Assembly: GCA_964022095.1 (NCBI GenBank)
Contig: CAXHZO010000001.1
Coordinates: 128,001 to 192,000, forward strand
DNA: 64,000 nucleotides
Direction: 5' to 3'
DNA from: an uncultured Arcobacteraceae bacterium
GTDB taxonomy: Bacteria > Campylobacterota > Campylobacteria > Campylobacterales > Arcobacteraceae
Part shown: one piece after another, positions 48,900 to 58,639 of the stretch
Layout of the letters: each line of letters opens with the position of its first letter
Position numbering within the stretch: the first letter of the stretch is position 1
Notes under the pieces: generated by a model
Databases searched by the model: none
Seen by the model: only the letters and a program-made list of their open reading frames with translations
Told to the model about the DNA's origin: nothing
Made by a program: the position numbers and the translations under genes

Positions 48900-48932
48900 T
48901 GCTACTTTATTGCTACGCTTATTTTTTATAAT
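48900..48932 (+). promoter_or_regulatory. TGCTAC-N5-TGCTAC box 10 nt upstream of TATAAT at the pta promoter
   Basis: TGCTACtttatTGCTAC 48900-48916; TATAAT 48927-48932. Confidence 0.75.
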
Positions 48933-48968
48933 CTAATCTGAAAGTTTAAAGTAGAAAGGATAACTTAG

Positions 48969-49964
48969 ATGGGTTTAATTGAAAGCATTAAAGAAAAAGC
49001 AAAAGTACAATTAAGAACAATTGTTCTTCCAGAAACTGAAGATGAGAGAGTGTTAAAAGCTGCTCATATCGTATTAGAAGAAAAAACTGCAAATGTAGTT
49101 TTAATTGGTAACGAAGACACTATAAAAGCTGATGCAGCTAACTGTGGTGCAAATATTGAAGGTGCAGCAATTGTTGATCCAAAGAAATTTGACAATATTG
49201 ATAAGTATATTGATGAATTAGTTGAATTAAGAAGAACTAAGAATCTTTCAAGAGAAGAAGCAACTGAAATTATGACTACTGAGCCAAGATTCTTTGGTTG
49301 TATGATGGTTAGACTTGGAGATGCTGATGGGTTAGTTGCGGGTTCTAACTCACCAACTGCAGATGTTTTAAAAGCTGCTATTCAAGTTATTAAAACAGCT
49401 CCTGGTATTAATACTGTTTCTTCAACATTTGTAATGGAAACAAAAGATGGTAAATTTGGAGACAATGGATTAATCTTATTTGCAGACTGTGCAGTTATTC
49501 CAGAGCCAAATGCAGAACAATTAGCTGATATTGCTGCTGCTACTGCTGCTACTGCTAGTTCAGTTGTAGGATTAGATCCAAGAGTTGCAATGTTGTCATT
49601 TTCAACTAAAGGAAGTGCAAAACATCCATTAGTAGATAAAGTACAATATGCTTGTGAAATCTTAGATGAAAGAAATGTTGATTTCTCATTTGATGGTGAA
49701 ATGCAAGCTGATGCAGCTATTGTTGAAGCAATTGGAGCTAAGAAAGCACCTGATTCAAAAGTTGCTGGTAAAGCAAATGTATTAGTATTCCCTGACTTAC
49801 AGTCTGGAAATATTGGATATAAATTAGTTCAAAGATTTGCTGGAGCTGAAGCTCATGGACCAATCGTTCAAGGTTTAAATAAACCAGTTAATGATTTATC
49901 AAGAGGTTGTTCAGTAGAAGATATTGCAAACTTAGTAGCTATTACAGCAACACAAATTAAATAA
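48969..49964 (+). CDS. pta: Phosphate acetyltransferase (short form)
   Basis: IVLPETEDER, FADCAV, AMLSFSTKGS, DGEMQADAA, GNIGYKL, VNDLSRGC. Confidence 0.97.
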   Translation: MGLIESIKEKAKVQLRTIVLPETEDERVLKAAHIVLEEKTANVVLIGNEDTIKADAANCGANIEGAAIVDPKKFDNIDKYIDELVELRRTKNLSREEATEIMTTEPRFFGCMMVRLGDADGLVAGSNSPTADVLKAAIQVIKTAPGINTVSSTFVMETKDGKFGDNGLILFADCAVIPEPNAEQLADIAAATAATASSVVGLDPRVAMLSFSTKGSAKHPLVDKVQYACEILDERNVDFSFDGEMQADAAIVEAIGAKKAPDSKVAGKANVLVFPDLQSGNIGYKLVQRFAGAEAHGPIVQGLNKPVNDLSRGCSVEDIANLVAITATQIK

Positions 49965-49995
49965 TTAAAACTAAAATAAAAAAAGGAAAATAAAT

Positions 49996-51192
49996 ATGTT
50001 AGTATTCATTTTAAACGCAGGAAGTTCTTCATTAAAGTACCAATTAATGAACCCAGTTATCAAAAAAGTATTCGCTCAAGGTATTTGTGAAAGAATTGGT
50101 ATTGATGGTGTTTTAAAACATGAATTTGGTGAAAAAGAATTAGAATTAAATATTGACATGCCTACACATAAAGAAGCAATTGAAGCTGTATTATCTACTT
50201 TAACAGCTGGTGAAGGTAAAGTTATTGATTCAATTAATGACATTGAAGCAATTGGACACAGAGCAGTTCATGGTGGTGAAGAGTTCTCTGGTTCAGTAAA
50301 AGTTACTGACCAAGTTATTGAAACTATGAAAAGATTAATTCCACTTGCACCTTTACATAACCCAGCAAATATTTTAGGTATGGAAATTTGTAAAGAATTA
50401 ATGCCAGGTAAACCAAATGTTGCTGTATTTGATACTGCATTCCACCAAACTATGCCTGATTATGCTTACATGTATGCATTACCATATGACCAATATACTA
50501 AACATGGTATTAGAAAATATGGTTTCCACGGAACTAGTCACTACTTCGTATCAAATGAAGCTAGAGGAATGTTAGATAAAAAACACAATACTAGAATTAT
50601 TGTTTGTCACTTAGGAAATGGTTCATCTGTTTCTGCAGTTTTAAATGGTAAATGTATTGATACATCAATGGGTCTTACTCCTGTTCAAGGTTTAATGATG
50701 GGAACAAGAGCTGGTGATGTTGGTGCTGGTGCTTTACAATATATGATGTCTCAAGAAGGTATGAGTATTGATGATGCATTAAATATAATGAACAAAAAAT
50801 CAGGTATCTTAGGTATTTCTGGTAAATCTTCAGATTTAAGAGAAGTATTAGATGGTATGAGTGATGGTGATGAAAGATGTAGATTAGCAGTTGATATGGT
50901 TGCTTATAACATCAAAAAATATGTAGGAGCTTATGTAGCTTCACTTGATGGTGTTGATGCATTATGTTTCACAGGTGGTATTGGTGAAAATGCTGCATTA
51001 ATTAGAGAAAAAGTTTGTGCTGGATTAGACTCTATGGGATTAGTTTTAGACCCAGTTAAAAATAACAAAAGAGCTAAAACTGCTAGAGATATTTCTACTA
51101 ATGGTTCTGCTTCAAGAATTTTTGTAATTCCTACAAATGAAGAGTATGTAATTGCAAATGATACTTATAAAGTAGTTACAGAAGGTAAGTAA
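49996..51192 (+). CDS. ackA: Acetate kinase
   Basis: LNAGSSSLKYQ, GHRAVHGG, APLHNP, YGFHGTSH, TGGIGEN, IPTNEE. Confidence 0.98.
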   Translation: MLVFILNAGSSSLKYQLMNPVIKKVFAQGICERIGIDGVLKHEFGEKELELNIDMPTHKEAIEAVLSTLTAGEGKVIDSINDIEAIGHRAVHGGEEFSGSVKVTDQVIETMKRLIPLAPLHNPANILGMEICKELMPGKPNVAVFDTAFHQTMPDYAYMYALPYDQYTKHGIRKYGFHGTSHYFVSNEARGMLDKKHNTRIIVCHLGNGSSVSAVLNGKCIDTSMGLTPVQGLMMGTRAGDVGAGALQYMMSQEGMSIDDALNIMNKKSGILGISGKSSDLREVLDGMSDGDERCRLAVDMVAYNIKKYVGAYVASLDGVDALCFTGGIGENAALIREKVCAGLDSMGLVLDPVKNNKRAKTARDISTNGSASRIFVIPTNEEYVIANDTYKVVTEGK

Positions 51193-51210
51193 TTTTTTTA
51201 AATTACCACT

Positions 51211-51250
51211 AAAAAAAAGGGGGAAGCAAAATTGCTTCCCCCTTTTTTTA
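51211..51250. terminator. Bidirectional terminator between ackA and sppA
   Basis: A8-gggggaagcaa-aa-ttgcttccccc-T7. Confidence 0.92.
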
Positions 51251-51262
51251 TAACTAAATTTT

Positions 51263-52150
51263 TTAATAAGCTTTTAATCCATTAGAAAAATATACAGAAA
51301 CTTGAGAAACTGTTTCACTTATTATTTTATCAATAAACTTCTCGAATCTATCAGGCTTTTTCCATACAGGAATTTTAACTTTTGATAATTCTTCTAAGTT
51401 TCTTCTAGCAGTTGAAAGAGTAGCTACCTCATCAATTAAACCTACTTTTTTTGCACTTAAAGCATTAAATATTTTTGCATCAGCAAATTGTGTATGATTT
51501 TTCACATCAAGTTTTCTAGCTGTAGCAACATCAGTTATAAACATCTCATATGTTTCATCAATTACAGTTTGTAAATACTCTTGCTCATAATCAAACCACT
51601 TTCTGCTTGGTGTTCCTATTTCTTTATATTTACCTGCTTTTACAGTTTGTGTTGAAACTCCAATGTTTTTCATTAGTTCTTCGACATTAACACCTTGCAT
51701 AATTACACCAATTGATCCAACCATACTTCCTGGATTTGCAATAATTTTATCTGCCCAAATAGAAGCATAGTAACTTCCACTAGCAATTACACCACTAGCA
51801 TAAACAACAACAGGTTTAACTTCTTTTAGCTCTTTAATAGCATATGCTAACTCCACTGAAGGTGCAACTGCACCACCTGGCGAGTTTACATCTAAAAGTA
51901 CACCTTTTATATTAAAATCATTTTTTGCTTTCTCTATTTGTTCTAATGTTTTAGAAACATCTAAGATTGGTCCAAATAATTCAATCTTTTGTAAGTTTGC
52001 ATAAGAATTAGTATCTTCTGATAAAGGATCAGTTGAATCAAATACAAAAAAATAAAGAATTGTTAAAAATACAATTGTTTTAAAATATTTTGTAATAAAA
52101 TCTAAAACTGCAATAACAGGAGAAAATAAAAACTTTAAAAACCTAAACAT
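51263..52150 (-). CDS. sppA: Signal peptide peptidase SppA (S49)
   Basis: NSPGG, ASGSYY, GSIGV, AGKYK; start at ATG 52150 with GGAGG RBS. Confidence 0.94.
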   Translation of the reverse strand: MFRFLKFLFSPVIAVLDFITKYFKTIVFLTILYFFVFDSTDPLSEDTNSYANLQKIELFGPILDVSKTLEQIEKAKNDFNIKGVLLDVNSPGGAVAPSVELAYAIKELKEVKPVVVYASGVIASGSYYASIWADKIIANPGSMVGSIGVIMQGVNVEELMKNIGVSTQTVKAGKYKEIGTPSRKWFDYEQEYLQTVIDETYEMFITDVATARKLDVKNHTQFADAKIFNALSAKKVGLIDEVATLSTARRNLEELSKVKIPVWKKPDRFEKFIDKIISETVSQVSVYFSNGLKAY

Positions 52151-53366
52151 ATTCACCTCCAATAATAGCTCTATCTATAAATTTTGTATGTAGTATAATA
52201 TTCATTGCTAAATCATCTTTATCTTCAATAGTATCTGGAAGAGTAAAATAAATAATATCAGAATCAAACCCCTGTTTTAATTGGCCCTTATTTAATCCTA
52301 ATGCCTTGGCACCATTAGAAGTTGCGCTAATTAAAAGTTTCTTTGATAAATCAACTACATTTTCTTTAACATGTGTCATTAAAGCATTTCTTAACTCATC
52401 AAACATTGATAAAGAATTATTAGAACTAAGTCCATCTGTTCCAATAGTAATTGGTATATCTTTTATTTTTTCTAAATCTAATTTACTATTATTTAATACT
52501 CTATTTGATGTTACACAATGATTTATATATCCACCTAAGTTTTTAATTTTTTCAATATCATCATCACTTGCTTCAACACAGTGCGTAAATGATAAATTAT
52601 CAATATTCGAAAATTGATTTAAAAACTCCATTGGCTTACTAACAGCTTTTTCTTGTCCTAAAAAATTTTTAAAAAACTCTAAAAAACTACCTTCATCTTT
52701 ATGTAACCATTCAAACTCTTCTGGGGATTCTAAAAAGTGAGCACTAACTGCACATTTATCTTCTCTTGCTATATTTAATACTTCTCTTAATAAAAAAGGA
52801 TGTACTGAATATGGTGAGTGAATTGCAATTGCAGGAATAAAGTTTTTAGAACTTAATTTCTTTATTTGTTTATATCTACTTTTAAAATCACTAAATAAAG
52901 TATCTACCATATCTGGCTTACTACCTATTACTTCACAAAAGAAAACTTTGTTTATTGGAGATTGGCTTAAAGCTTCAAGCTCAAAAGAGTAAGAGGATAT
53001 TGCTCCAATTGTTGTTGTTCCTGTTTTGATCATCTTTTTTATTTTTGAACTGATTAAATCTTTTGTTGCATTTTGAATTAAGTCTTCTCTATTTTTTATA
53101 ACAGAGTTCAACCAATTCATAAAATTACCATATTTTAAAGTAGTACTATTTGCACTAAATTCTAAATGTACATGTGAGTTTATTAATCCGGGCATTAAAA
53201 CAGAGTTTTCCCCTAAAATTTGAATATTTACATTTGGATATTTTTTTTGGATATTTTCTAAAGAGTTTATTTCAATAATTTTTTCATCAAAAACAACAGC
53301 ACCATTTTTAATGATACTATTGTTTTCATCACAAGTTAAAAGCCAGTTTGCACTAACAATTTTCAT
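52143..53366 (-). CDS. mqnF: Metal-dependent amidohydrolase, probable aminofutalosine deaminase (MqnF-like)
   Basis: PGLINSHVHLEFS, HSPYSV, HFLES, GTDGLSSN; aroQ/sppA synteny as in Campylobacter. Confidence 0.8.
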   Translation of the reverse strand: MKIVSANWLLTCDENNSIIKNGAVVFDEKIIEINSLENIQKKYPNVNIQILGENSVLMPGLINSHVHLEFSANSTTLKYGNFMNWLNSVIKNREDLIQNATKDLISSKIKKMIKTGTTTIGAISSYSFELEALSQSPINKVFFCEVIGSKPDMVDTLFSDFKSRYKQIKKLSSKNFIPAIAIHSPYSVHPFLLREVLNIAREDKCAVSAHFLESPEEFEWLHKDEGSFLEFFKNFLGQEKAVSKPMEFLNQFSNIDNLSFTHCVEASDDDIEKIKNLGGYINHCVTSNRVLNNSKLDLEKIKDIPITIGTDGLSSNNSLSMFDELRNALMTHVKENVVDLSKKLLISATSNGAKALGLNKGQLKQGFDSDIIYFTLPDTIEDKDDLAMNIILHTKFIDRAIIGGEYV

Positions 53367-53837
53367 CTATTCTTGTGGTTCTGAAGCATTTTCAGTTGCT
53401 TTAAGTTCTGCAATAATTTGCATTAAAGCTATTAATCCCATATGGTAACCAAATGGACCAAATCCAGAGATAACACCAGTTGAAGAACCAGCAGTTACAG
53501 ATTTTTGTCTGAACTCTTCTCTTTTATAGATATTAGAAATATGTACTTCTACTGTTGGCATAGATACAGCATTAAGTGCATCTTTAATTGCGATTGAAGT
53601 ATGAGAATATGCGGCTGGATTTATCATAATTCCATCAACTGTTCCTAAACACTCTTGAATTCTATCAACAATCTCACCTTCTAAATTAGATTGAAAGAAC
53701 TCTAATTCAACTCCATTTTGAGCTGCTGCGTTTTTTAGTTGTTCATGGATTTGATCCATTGACATTGGACCATAAATATGTTGTTCTCTAATTCCTAACA
53801 TATTTATATTTGGACCTTGTATTACGGCTATTTTCAT
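53367..53837 (-). CDS. aroQ: Type II 3-dehydroquinate dehydratase
   Basis: [28 protein letters not shown]. Confidence 0.97.
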   Translation of the reverse strand: MKIAVIQGPNINMLGIREQHIYGPMSMDQIHEQLKNAAAQNGVELEFFQSNLEGEIVDRIQECLGTVDGIMINPAAYSHTSIAIKDALNAVSMPTVEVHISNIYKREEFRQKSVTAGSSTGVISGFGPFGYHMGLIALMQIIAELKATENASEPQE

Positions 53838-53913
53838 ATTATATTCCTTTTATAAAATTTAGGTAAGATTATAATTAAATTTATGTTAAACAATACCAAA
53901 TAAGAGGTTTTTT

Positions 53914-54939
53914 ATGAAAAATTTTATATTACAAAATGAAAATGCAATATATTATGAGTGTGGATTTTCTTGTGACAATGTTATATTCTTAAAACTAGAA
54001 AATGATAAATATTTTATTACAGATGCTAGATATACTATTGAAGCAAAAGAGTATGCCAAAAATTGTGAGGTTATTGAATCAAGTAATTTAATACAAACAG
54101 CAAAAGAGATTTTAAAAAAGAATAAAATTAAAAAAATAAATTTTGACCCAAATGATTTTAAATACTCAACTTATAAAAGTTTAAATGATGATACAAAAAC
54201 TCAGTTTATTGAAAAGCCGAATTTTTCAAAATTAAAAAGAGCTATAAAAAGTGATGAAGAGATTGGATACTTAAAAAAAGCTGCCAAGTTAGGTAGAAAA
54301 GGATTTAAAGAATTTGCTAAATATATCCAAAAAAATGGTTTAGGAAAAACAGAAGAGTTTTTATTTTTCAAAGCTTTAGAAAAGATGACACAAGTTGGAA
54401 AACTAGATGTTAGTTTTAATCCAATAGTAGCTATAAATAAAAATGCTGCTAAACCTCATGCACTACCTACTTCAAAAAAACTAAAGTTAAATGATTTACT
54501 TTTAGTTGATGCAGGAGTTAAATACAAAAGGTACTGTTCAGATAGAACTTGTACTTCTGTTGCAAATTTTGAAAAATTTAATTTTAAAAGAGAACAAAAC
54601 TTTAAAAAGAAAAAACATCAAAAAATTTATGACCTAGTTTATAAAGCACAATTAAATGCAATACAAAATGCAAAAGTTGGAATGAAAGCTAAAGATATTG
54701 ATAATCTAACTAGAAGTGTAATTGATAAAGCAGGTTATGGTAAATACTTTGTACACTCTACTGGTCATGGTGTTGGACTTGATATACATGAATTTCCATT
54801 TATAAACTCTAAAAGTGATGTTATTATTGAAGATAACATGGTCTTTACAATAGAACCTGGAATTTATTTACCAGATGAGTTTGGAGTTAGAATAGAAGAC
54901 ACAATTGTGATGAAAAATGGAAAAGCTGTAATTTTATAA
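53914..54939 (+). CDS. Xaa-Pro aminopeptidase (M24)
   Basis: PHA, DAG..YCSDRT, HSTGHGVGLDIHE, TIEPGIY, GVRIED. Confidence 0.94.
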   Translation: MKNFILQNENAIYYECGFSCDNVIFLKLENDKYFITDARYTIEAKEYAKNCEVIESSNLIQTAKEILKKNKIKKINFDPNDFKYSTYKSLNDDTKTQFIEKPNFSKLKRAIKSDEEIGYLKKAAKLGRKGFKEFAKYIQKNGLGKTEEFLFFKALEKMTQVGKLDVSFNPIVAINKNAAKPHALPTSKKLKLNDLLLVDAGVKYKRYCSDRTCTSVANFEKFNFKREQNFKKKKHQKIYDLVYKAQLNAIQNAKVGMKAKDIDNLTRSVIDKAGYGKYFVHSTGHGVGLDIHEFPFINSKSDVIIEDNMVFTIEPGIYLPDEFGVRIEDTIVMKNGKAVIL

Positions 54940-54943
54940 AAAT

Positions 54944-55435
54944 ATGAAAAAAAAATTAACTAAAAAATTAACACTTTTTTATACACCAAACTTTCCTAAA
55001 GAATTCAATACTTACTCAAATAAAAAACATTATGTAACTATTGGTATTGGGGGAAATATGGGAAATACAAAAAGAATCTTTGATAAATTAATCTTATGCT
55101 TAAAAAAAGATTCAAGATTTACTTTACTTATAACTTCACCTTTATTAAAAAATCCTCCATTTGGATTTTTAGAACAAAGTGATTTTTTAAATGGTATAAT
55201 CGCGCTTAAAACTAATCTAGCTCCTCATGATTTTTTGAAAAACATGCAAAGACTAGAAAAAAGATTTGGAAGAAAGCGATCCTTTCAAGATGCGCCTAGA
55301 ACTCTAGATATAGATATAATATTTTTTGATAAGAAAAAAATAAATACGAAGGACCTTATAGTTCCTCATAAAGACTGGGCAAATAGAGAATCGGTGATTA
55401 TTCCTTTAGAAGAGATGAAAAGGATAAATAAATGA
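54944..55435 (+). CDS. folK: HPPK (folate biosynthesis)
   Basis: IGIGGNMG, FLNG, PRTLDIDI, VPH. Confidence 0.95.
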   Translation: MKKKLTKKLTLFYTPNFPKEFNTYSNKKHYVTIGIGGNMGNTKRIFDKLILCLKKDSRFTLLITSPLLKNPPFGFLEQSDFLNGIIALKTNLAPHDFLKNMQRLEKRFGRKRSFQDAPRTLDIDIIFFDKKKINTKDLIVPHKDWANRESVIIPLEEMKRINK

Positions 55436-56529
55436 AGAAAAAAGTAGTTGTTGGAATGTCTGGTGGAGTTGATTCATCTGTTACTGCACTTTTATTAAAA
55501 CAACAAGGCTATGATGTAGTAGGCTTATTTATGCGAAATTGGGAATATGGAATTAAAGGTAGCCAATGTCCTAATCGTATAGAATTTGAAGATGCAAAAA
55601 AAGTTGGTGAACTTATTGGAATTGAAGTAAAAGGTAAAGACTTTGTTGAAGAGTACAGAACTAAAGTATTTGATGTATTTTTAGAAGGCCTAAAAAAAGG
55701 TCTTACTCCAAATCCAGATATTCTATGTAATAGAGAAATCAAATTCAATGTATTTTTAAATGAAGCTAAAAAAATGGGTGCTGATATGATTGCAACTGGT
55801 CATTATGCAAAAATTGCTAAAGTAAATAATCATTTCGTACTTGATACACCAAAAGATAGTTCAAAAGATCAAAGTTACTTTTTACATGCCTTATCAAGTG
55901 AACAATTAAGCCATGCTATGTTCCCACTTGGAGATTTAACTAAAACAGAAGTTAGAGAAATGGCAAGAGAACATAACCTTCCTGTTAGTGATAAAAAAGA
56001 TAGTACTGGTATTTGTTTTATTGGAAATCAAAGATTTGATGATTTTATTACACAACACCTAAAAGCAATTCCAGGTGATATGATTGATGAGAATGGAAAA
56101 GTTTTAGGAAAACACAAGGGTCTTATTTGTTACACACTAGGTCAAAGAAAAGGTATTGGTCTTGGTGGTATTAAAGGGAATGAAGGTGAAAACAATACTC
56201 ACAAATCATGGTATGCAGCTAAAAAAGATGTTGAAAACAACACTTTAACAGTTGTTCAAGATACAAACCATCCTTTATTAATGAGTGAACACACTGAAGC
56301 TAGTCATATGCATTGGGTTTTAGAAGAAGCACCAAAAGTTGGTGATAAACTAATGGCACAAGTAAGATATAGACAGCAAAAACAAGCTTGTACAGTGGTA
56401 GAAGCTTCTAATGATAAAGTAATTGTTAAATTTGACACTCCTCAAAGAGCAGTTACTTTAGGTCAAAGTCTTGTTTTATACGATGGTGATTATTGTCTTG
56501 GTGGTGGCTTTATTAGTGACTATTACTAA
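55432..56529 (+). CDS. mnmA: tRNA 2-thiouridine(34) synthase MnmA, DxxC (E. coli-like) type
   Basis: SGGVDS, PNPDILCN, ATGHY, KDQSYFL, KKDSTGICFIG. Confidence 0.95.
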   Translation: MKKKVVVGMSGGVDSSVTALLLKQQGYDVVGLFMRNWEYGIKGSQCPNRIEFEDAKKVGELIGIEVKGKDFVEEYRTKVFDVFLEGLKKGLTPNPDILCNREIKFNVFLNEAKKMGADMIATGHYAKIAKVNNHFVLDTPKDSSKDQSYFLHALSSEQLSHAMFPLGDLTKTEVREMAREHNLPVSDKKDSTGICFIGNQRFDDFITQHLKAIPGDMIDENGKVLGKHKGLICYTLGQRKGIGLGGIKGNEGENNTHKSWYAAKKDVENNTLTVVQDTNHPLLMSEHTEASHMHWVLEEAPKVGDKLMAQVRYRQQKQACTVVEASNDKVIVKFDTPQRAVTLGQSLVLYDGDYCLGGGFISDYY

Positions 56530-56530
56530 A

Positions 56531-57562
56531 ATGAAAAAAGTTATGGTAGGCATGAGTGGTGGTATTGATTCATCAGTTACTGCTTACATGCTACAAGAAG
56601 AAGGTTATGAAGTTGAAGGTTGTTACTTAAAACTTCATAACAGAAATGATGGATACCATGAAAAGAACTTATCTTACATCAAAGATGTAGCTGAATTTCT
56701 AAATATTAAATATCACGTTTTAGATTTAGCAGATGATTTTACTAAAGAAGTTTATGATTATTTTGTAGATTCATATTTAGAAGGTACTACTCCAAATCCA
56801 TGTGTAAAATGTAATAGACAAATTAAATTTGGTGCAATGTTAGATTTTGCTAAAAGCCATGGTGCACAATATTTAGCAACAGGACATTATGCTAAAACAG
56901 ATGGAAAGTTTTTCTATGAAGCTGATGATAAAACAAAAGATCAAAGCTACTTCTTATCCCAAGTAAGCCCTGAGGCACTTCCTCATATGATGTTTCCATT
57001 AAGTACATACAAAAAAGAAGATATTGTTAAATTTGGTGCTAAACTTGATATTGCTTTTAAGAAAATTACAGAAAAAAACGAATCCCAAGAAATCTGTTTT
57101 GTTGAGACTGTTTATACTGATGTAATTAAAAGACATGCAAATATTGACAAGCCTGGAAAAGTATTAAATGAAGAGGGGAAAGTTGTAGGTGAACATAAAG
57201 GTTATGCTCATTATACAATTGGTAAGAGAAGAGGCTTTACAGTTTATGGAGCACAAGAACCTCACTTTGTTACGAAATTAAATCCAAAAGATAACACAAT
57301 TACTGTAGGTAAAAAAACTGCATTAGAAGTAAATGAAGTTATTGCAAATAATATAAATATGTTTATTGAAGATAAAGATTTTTCATGTACAGTAAAACTT
57401 AGATATAGAACAAATTCAACACCATGTTATGTAAAGATTGAAGATGATAAAGTAACTATAAAATTAAAACAACCCGTTTTAGGAGTAGCAGCAGGTCAAC
57501 TAGCAGTATTCTATGATGAACAAAAAGTTATCGGTAGTGCATTTATCCAAAGTGCAAAATAA
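56531..57562 (+). CDS. mnmA: tRNA 2-thiouridine(34) synthase MnmA, CxxC type
   Basis: SGGIDS, PNPCVKCN, ATGHY, KDQSYFL, ESQEICF; start at ATG 56531. Confidence 0.93.
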   Translation: MKKVMVGMSGGIDSSVTAYMLQEEGYEVEGCYLKLHNRNDGYHEKNLSYIKDVAEFLNIKYHVLDLADDFTKEVYDYFVDSYLEGTTPNPCVKCNRQIKFGAMLDFAKSHGAQYLATGHYAKTDGKFFYEADDKTKDQSYFLSQVSPEALPHMMFPLSTYKKEDIVKFGAKLDIAFKKITEKNESQEICFVETVYTDVIKRHANIDKPGKVLNEEGKVVGEHKGYAHYTIGKRRGFTVYGAQEPHFVTKLNPKDNTITVGKKTALEVNEVIANNINMFIEDKDFSCTVKLRYRTNSTPCYVKIEDDKVTIKLKQPVLGVAAGQLAVFYDEQKVIGSAFIQSAK

Positions 57563-57646
57563 CTTTTAAAGAGATTTTTTAACTTAATATTACTTAAGTA
57601 GCTATTGGATAAAATACAACAATCAATAAACCCCAAGGAAATTTTT

Positions 57647-58579
57647 ATGTCTACATTCAAACTTTTTAGTGGTTCAGCAAACCCTGAATTCGCAATAAAA
57701 GTAGCACAGTACTTAAGTATGAAAGTATCAGGTGCAACATTAAATAAATTTAGTGATGGTGAAATATCTGCACAAATTACAGAAAGCGTTAGAGGTCTTG
57801 ATGTATTTATTATTCAACCAACATGTGCCCCTGCAAATGACAACTTAATGGAGCTATTAATTATGGTTGATGCACTTAAAAGATCAAGTGCAAAATCTAT
57901 TTCTGCTGTTATTCCATACTATGGCTATGCAAGACAAGATAGAAAAGCAGCTCCGAGAGTTCCAATTACTGCTAAATTAACAGCTGACTTATTAGAAGCT
58001 GCTGGAATTTCAAGAGTTGTGACAATTGACTTACATGCCGCACAAATTCAAGGATTCTTTAATATTCCTGCTGATAACTTATTTGGTTCAATTTTATTTG
58101 TAAACTATATTAAAACTAAAAAGTTGAAAAACCCAATTATTGCAAGTCCTGATATTGGTGGTGTGGCAAGAGCTAGATCTTATGCAGATAAATTAGGTTA
58201 TGACTTAGTAATTGTAGATAAAAAAAGAGAAAAAGCAAATGTATCTGAAGTTATGAATATCATTGGAGAAGTTAAAGGTAAAGATGTAATTTTAGTTGAT
58301 GATATGGTAGATACTGCTGGTACTTTAGTAAAAGCTGCTGAAGTATTAAAGAAAAAAGGTGCTAATTCAGTTATGGCATGTTGTACGCATGGTGTATTAA
58401 GTGGTCCAGCTTATGATAGAATTGAAAAAGGTGAATTAGACGAACTAGTAGTATCAGATACAATTCCTGTAAAAGAAAATGCTAAGAAAATCACAGTGTT
58501 AACAGCTTCTACAATGATAGGTGAAACTATCAGAAGAATTCATAATAATGAATCTGTTAACTCAATTTTTATTGCTTAA
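57647..58579 (+). CDS. prs: Ribose-phosphate pyrophosphokinase
   Basis: FSDGE, YYGYARQDRK, DLHAAQIQGFF, DDMVDTAGT; ATG 57647 after AAGGA. Confidence 0.98.
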   Translation: MSTFKLFSGSANPEFAIKVAQYLSMKVSGATLNKFSDGEISAQITESVRGLDVFIIQPTCAPANDNLMELLIMVDALKRSSAKSISAVIPYYGYARQDRKAAPRVPITAKLTADLLEAAGISRVVTIDLHAAQIQGFFNIPADNLFGSILFVNYIKTKKLKNPIIASPDIGGVARARSYADKLGYDLVIVDKKREKANVSEVMNIIGEVKGKDVILVDDMVDTAGTLVKAAEVLKKKGANSVMACCTHGVLSGPAYDRIEKGELDELVVSDTIPVKENAKKITVLTASTMIGETIRRIHNNESVNSIFIA

Positions 58580-58639
58580 TAATAAAATTAAATATTTTTA
58601 GCTATAATGTCCAAAATTATTAATCCAAAAAGGAAAAAA

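Noticed and set aside
56471-56530. Hydrophobic N-terminal extension on the second MnmA
   Set aside because: Artefact of an upstream TTG inside the first mnmA; family N-terminus begins at ATG 56531.
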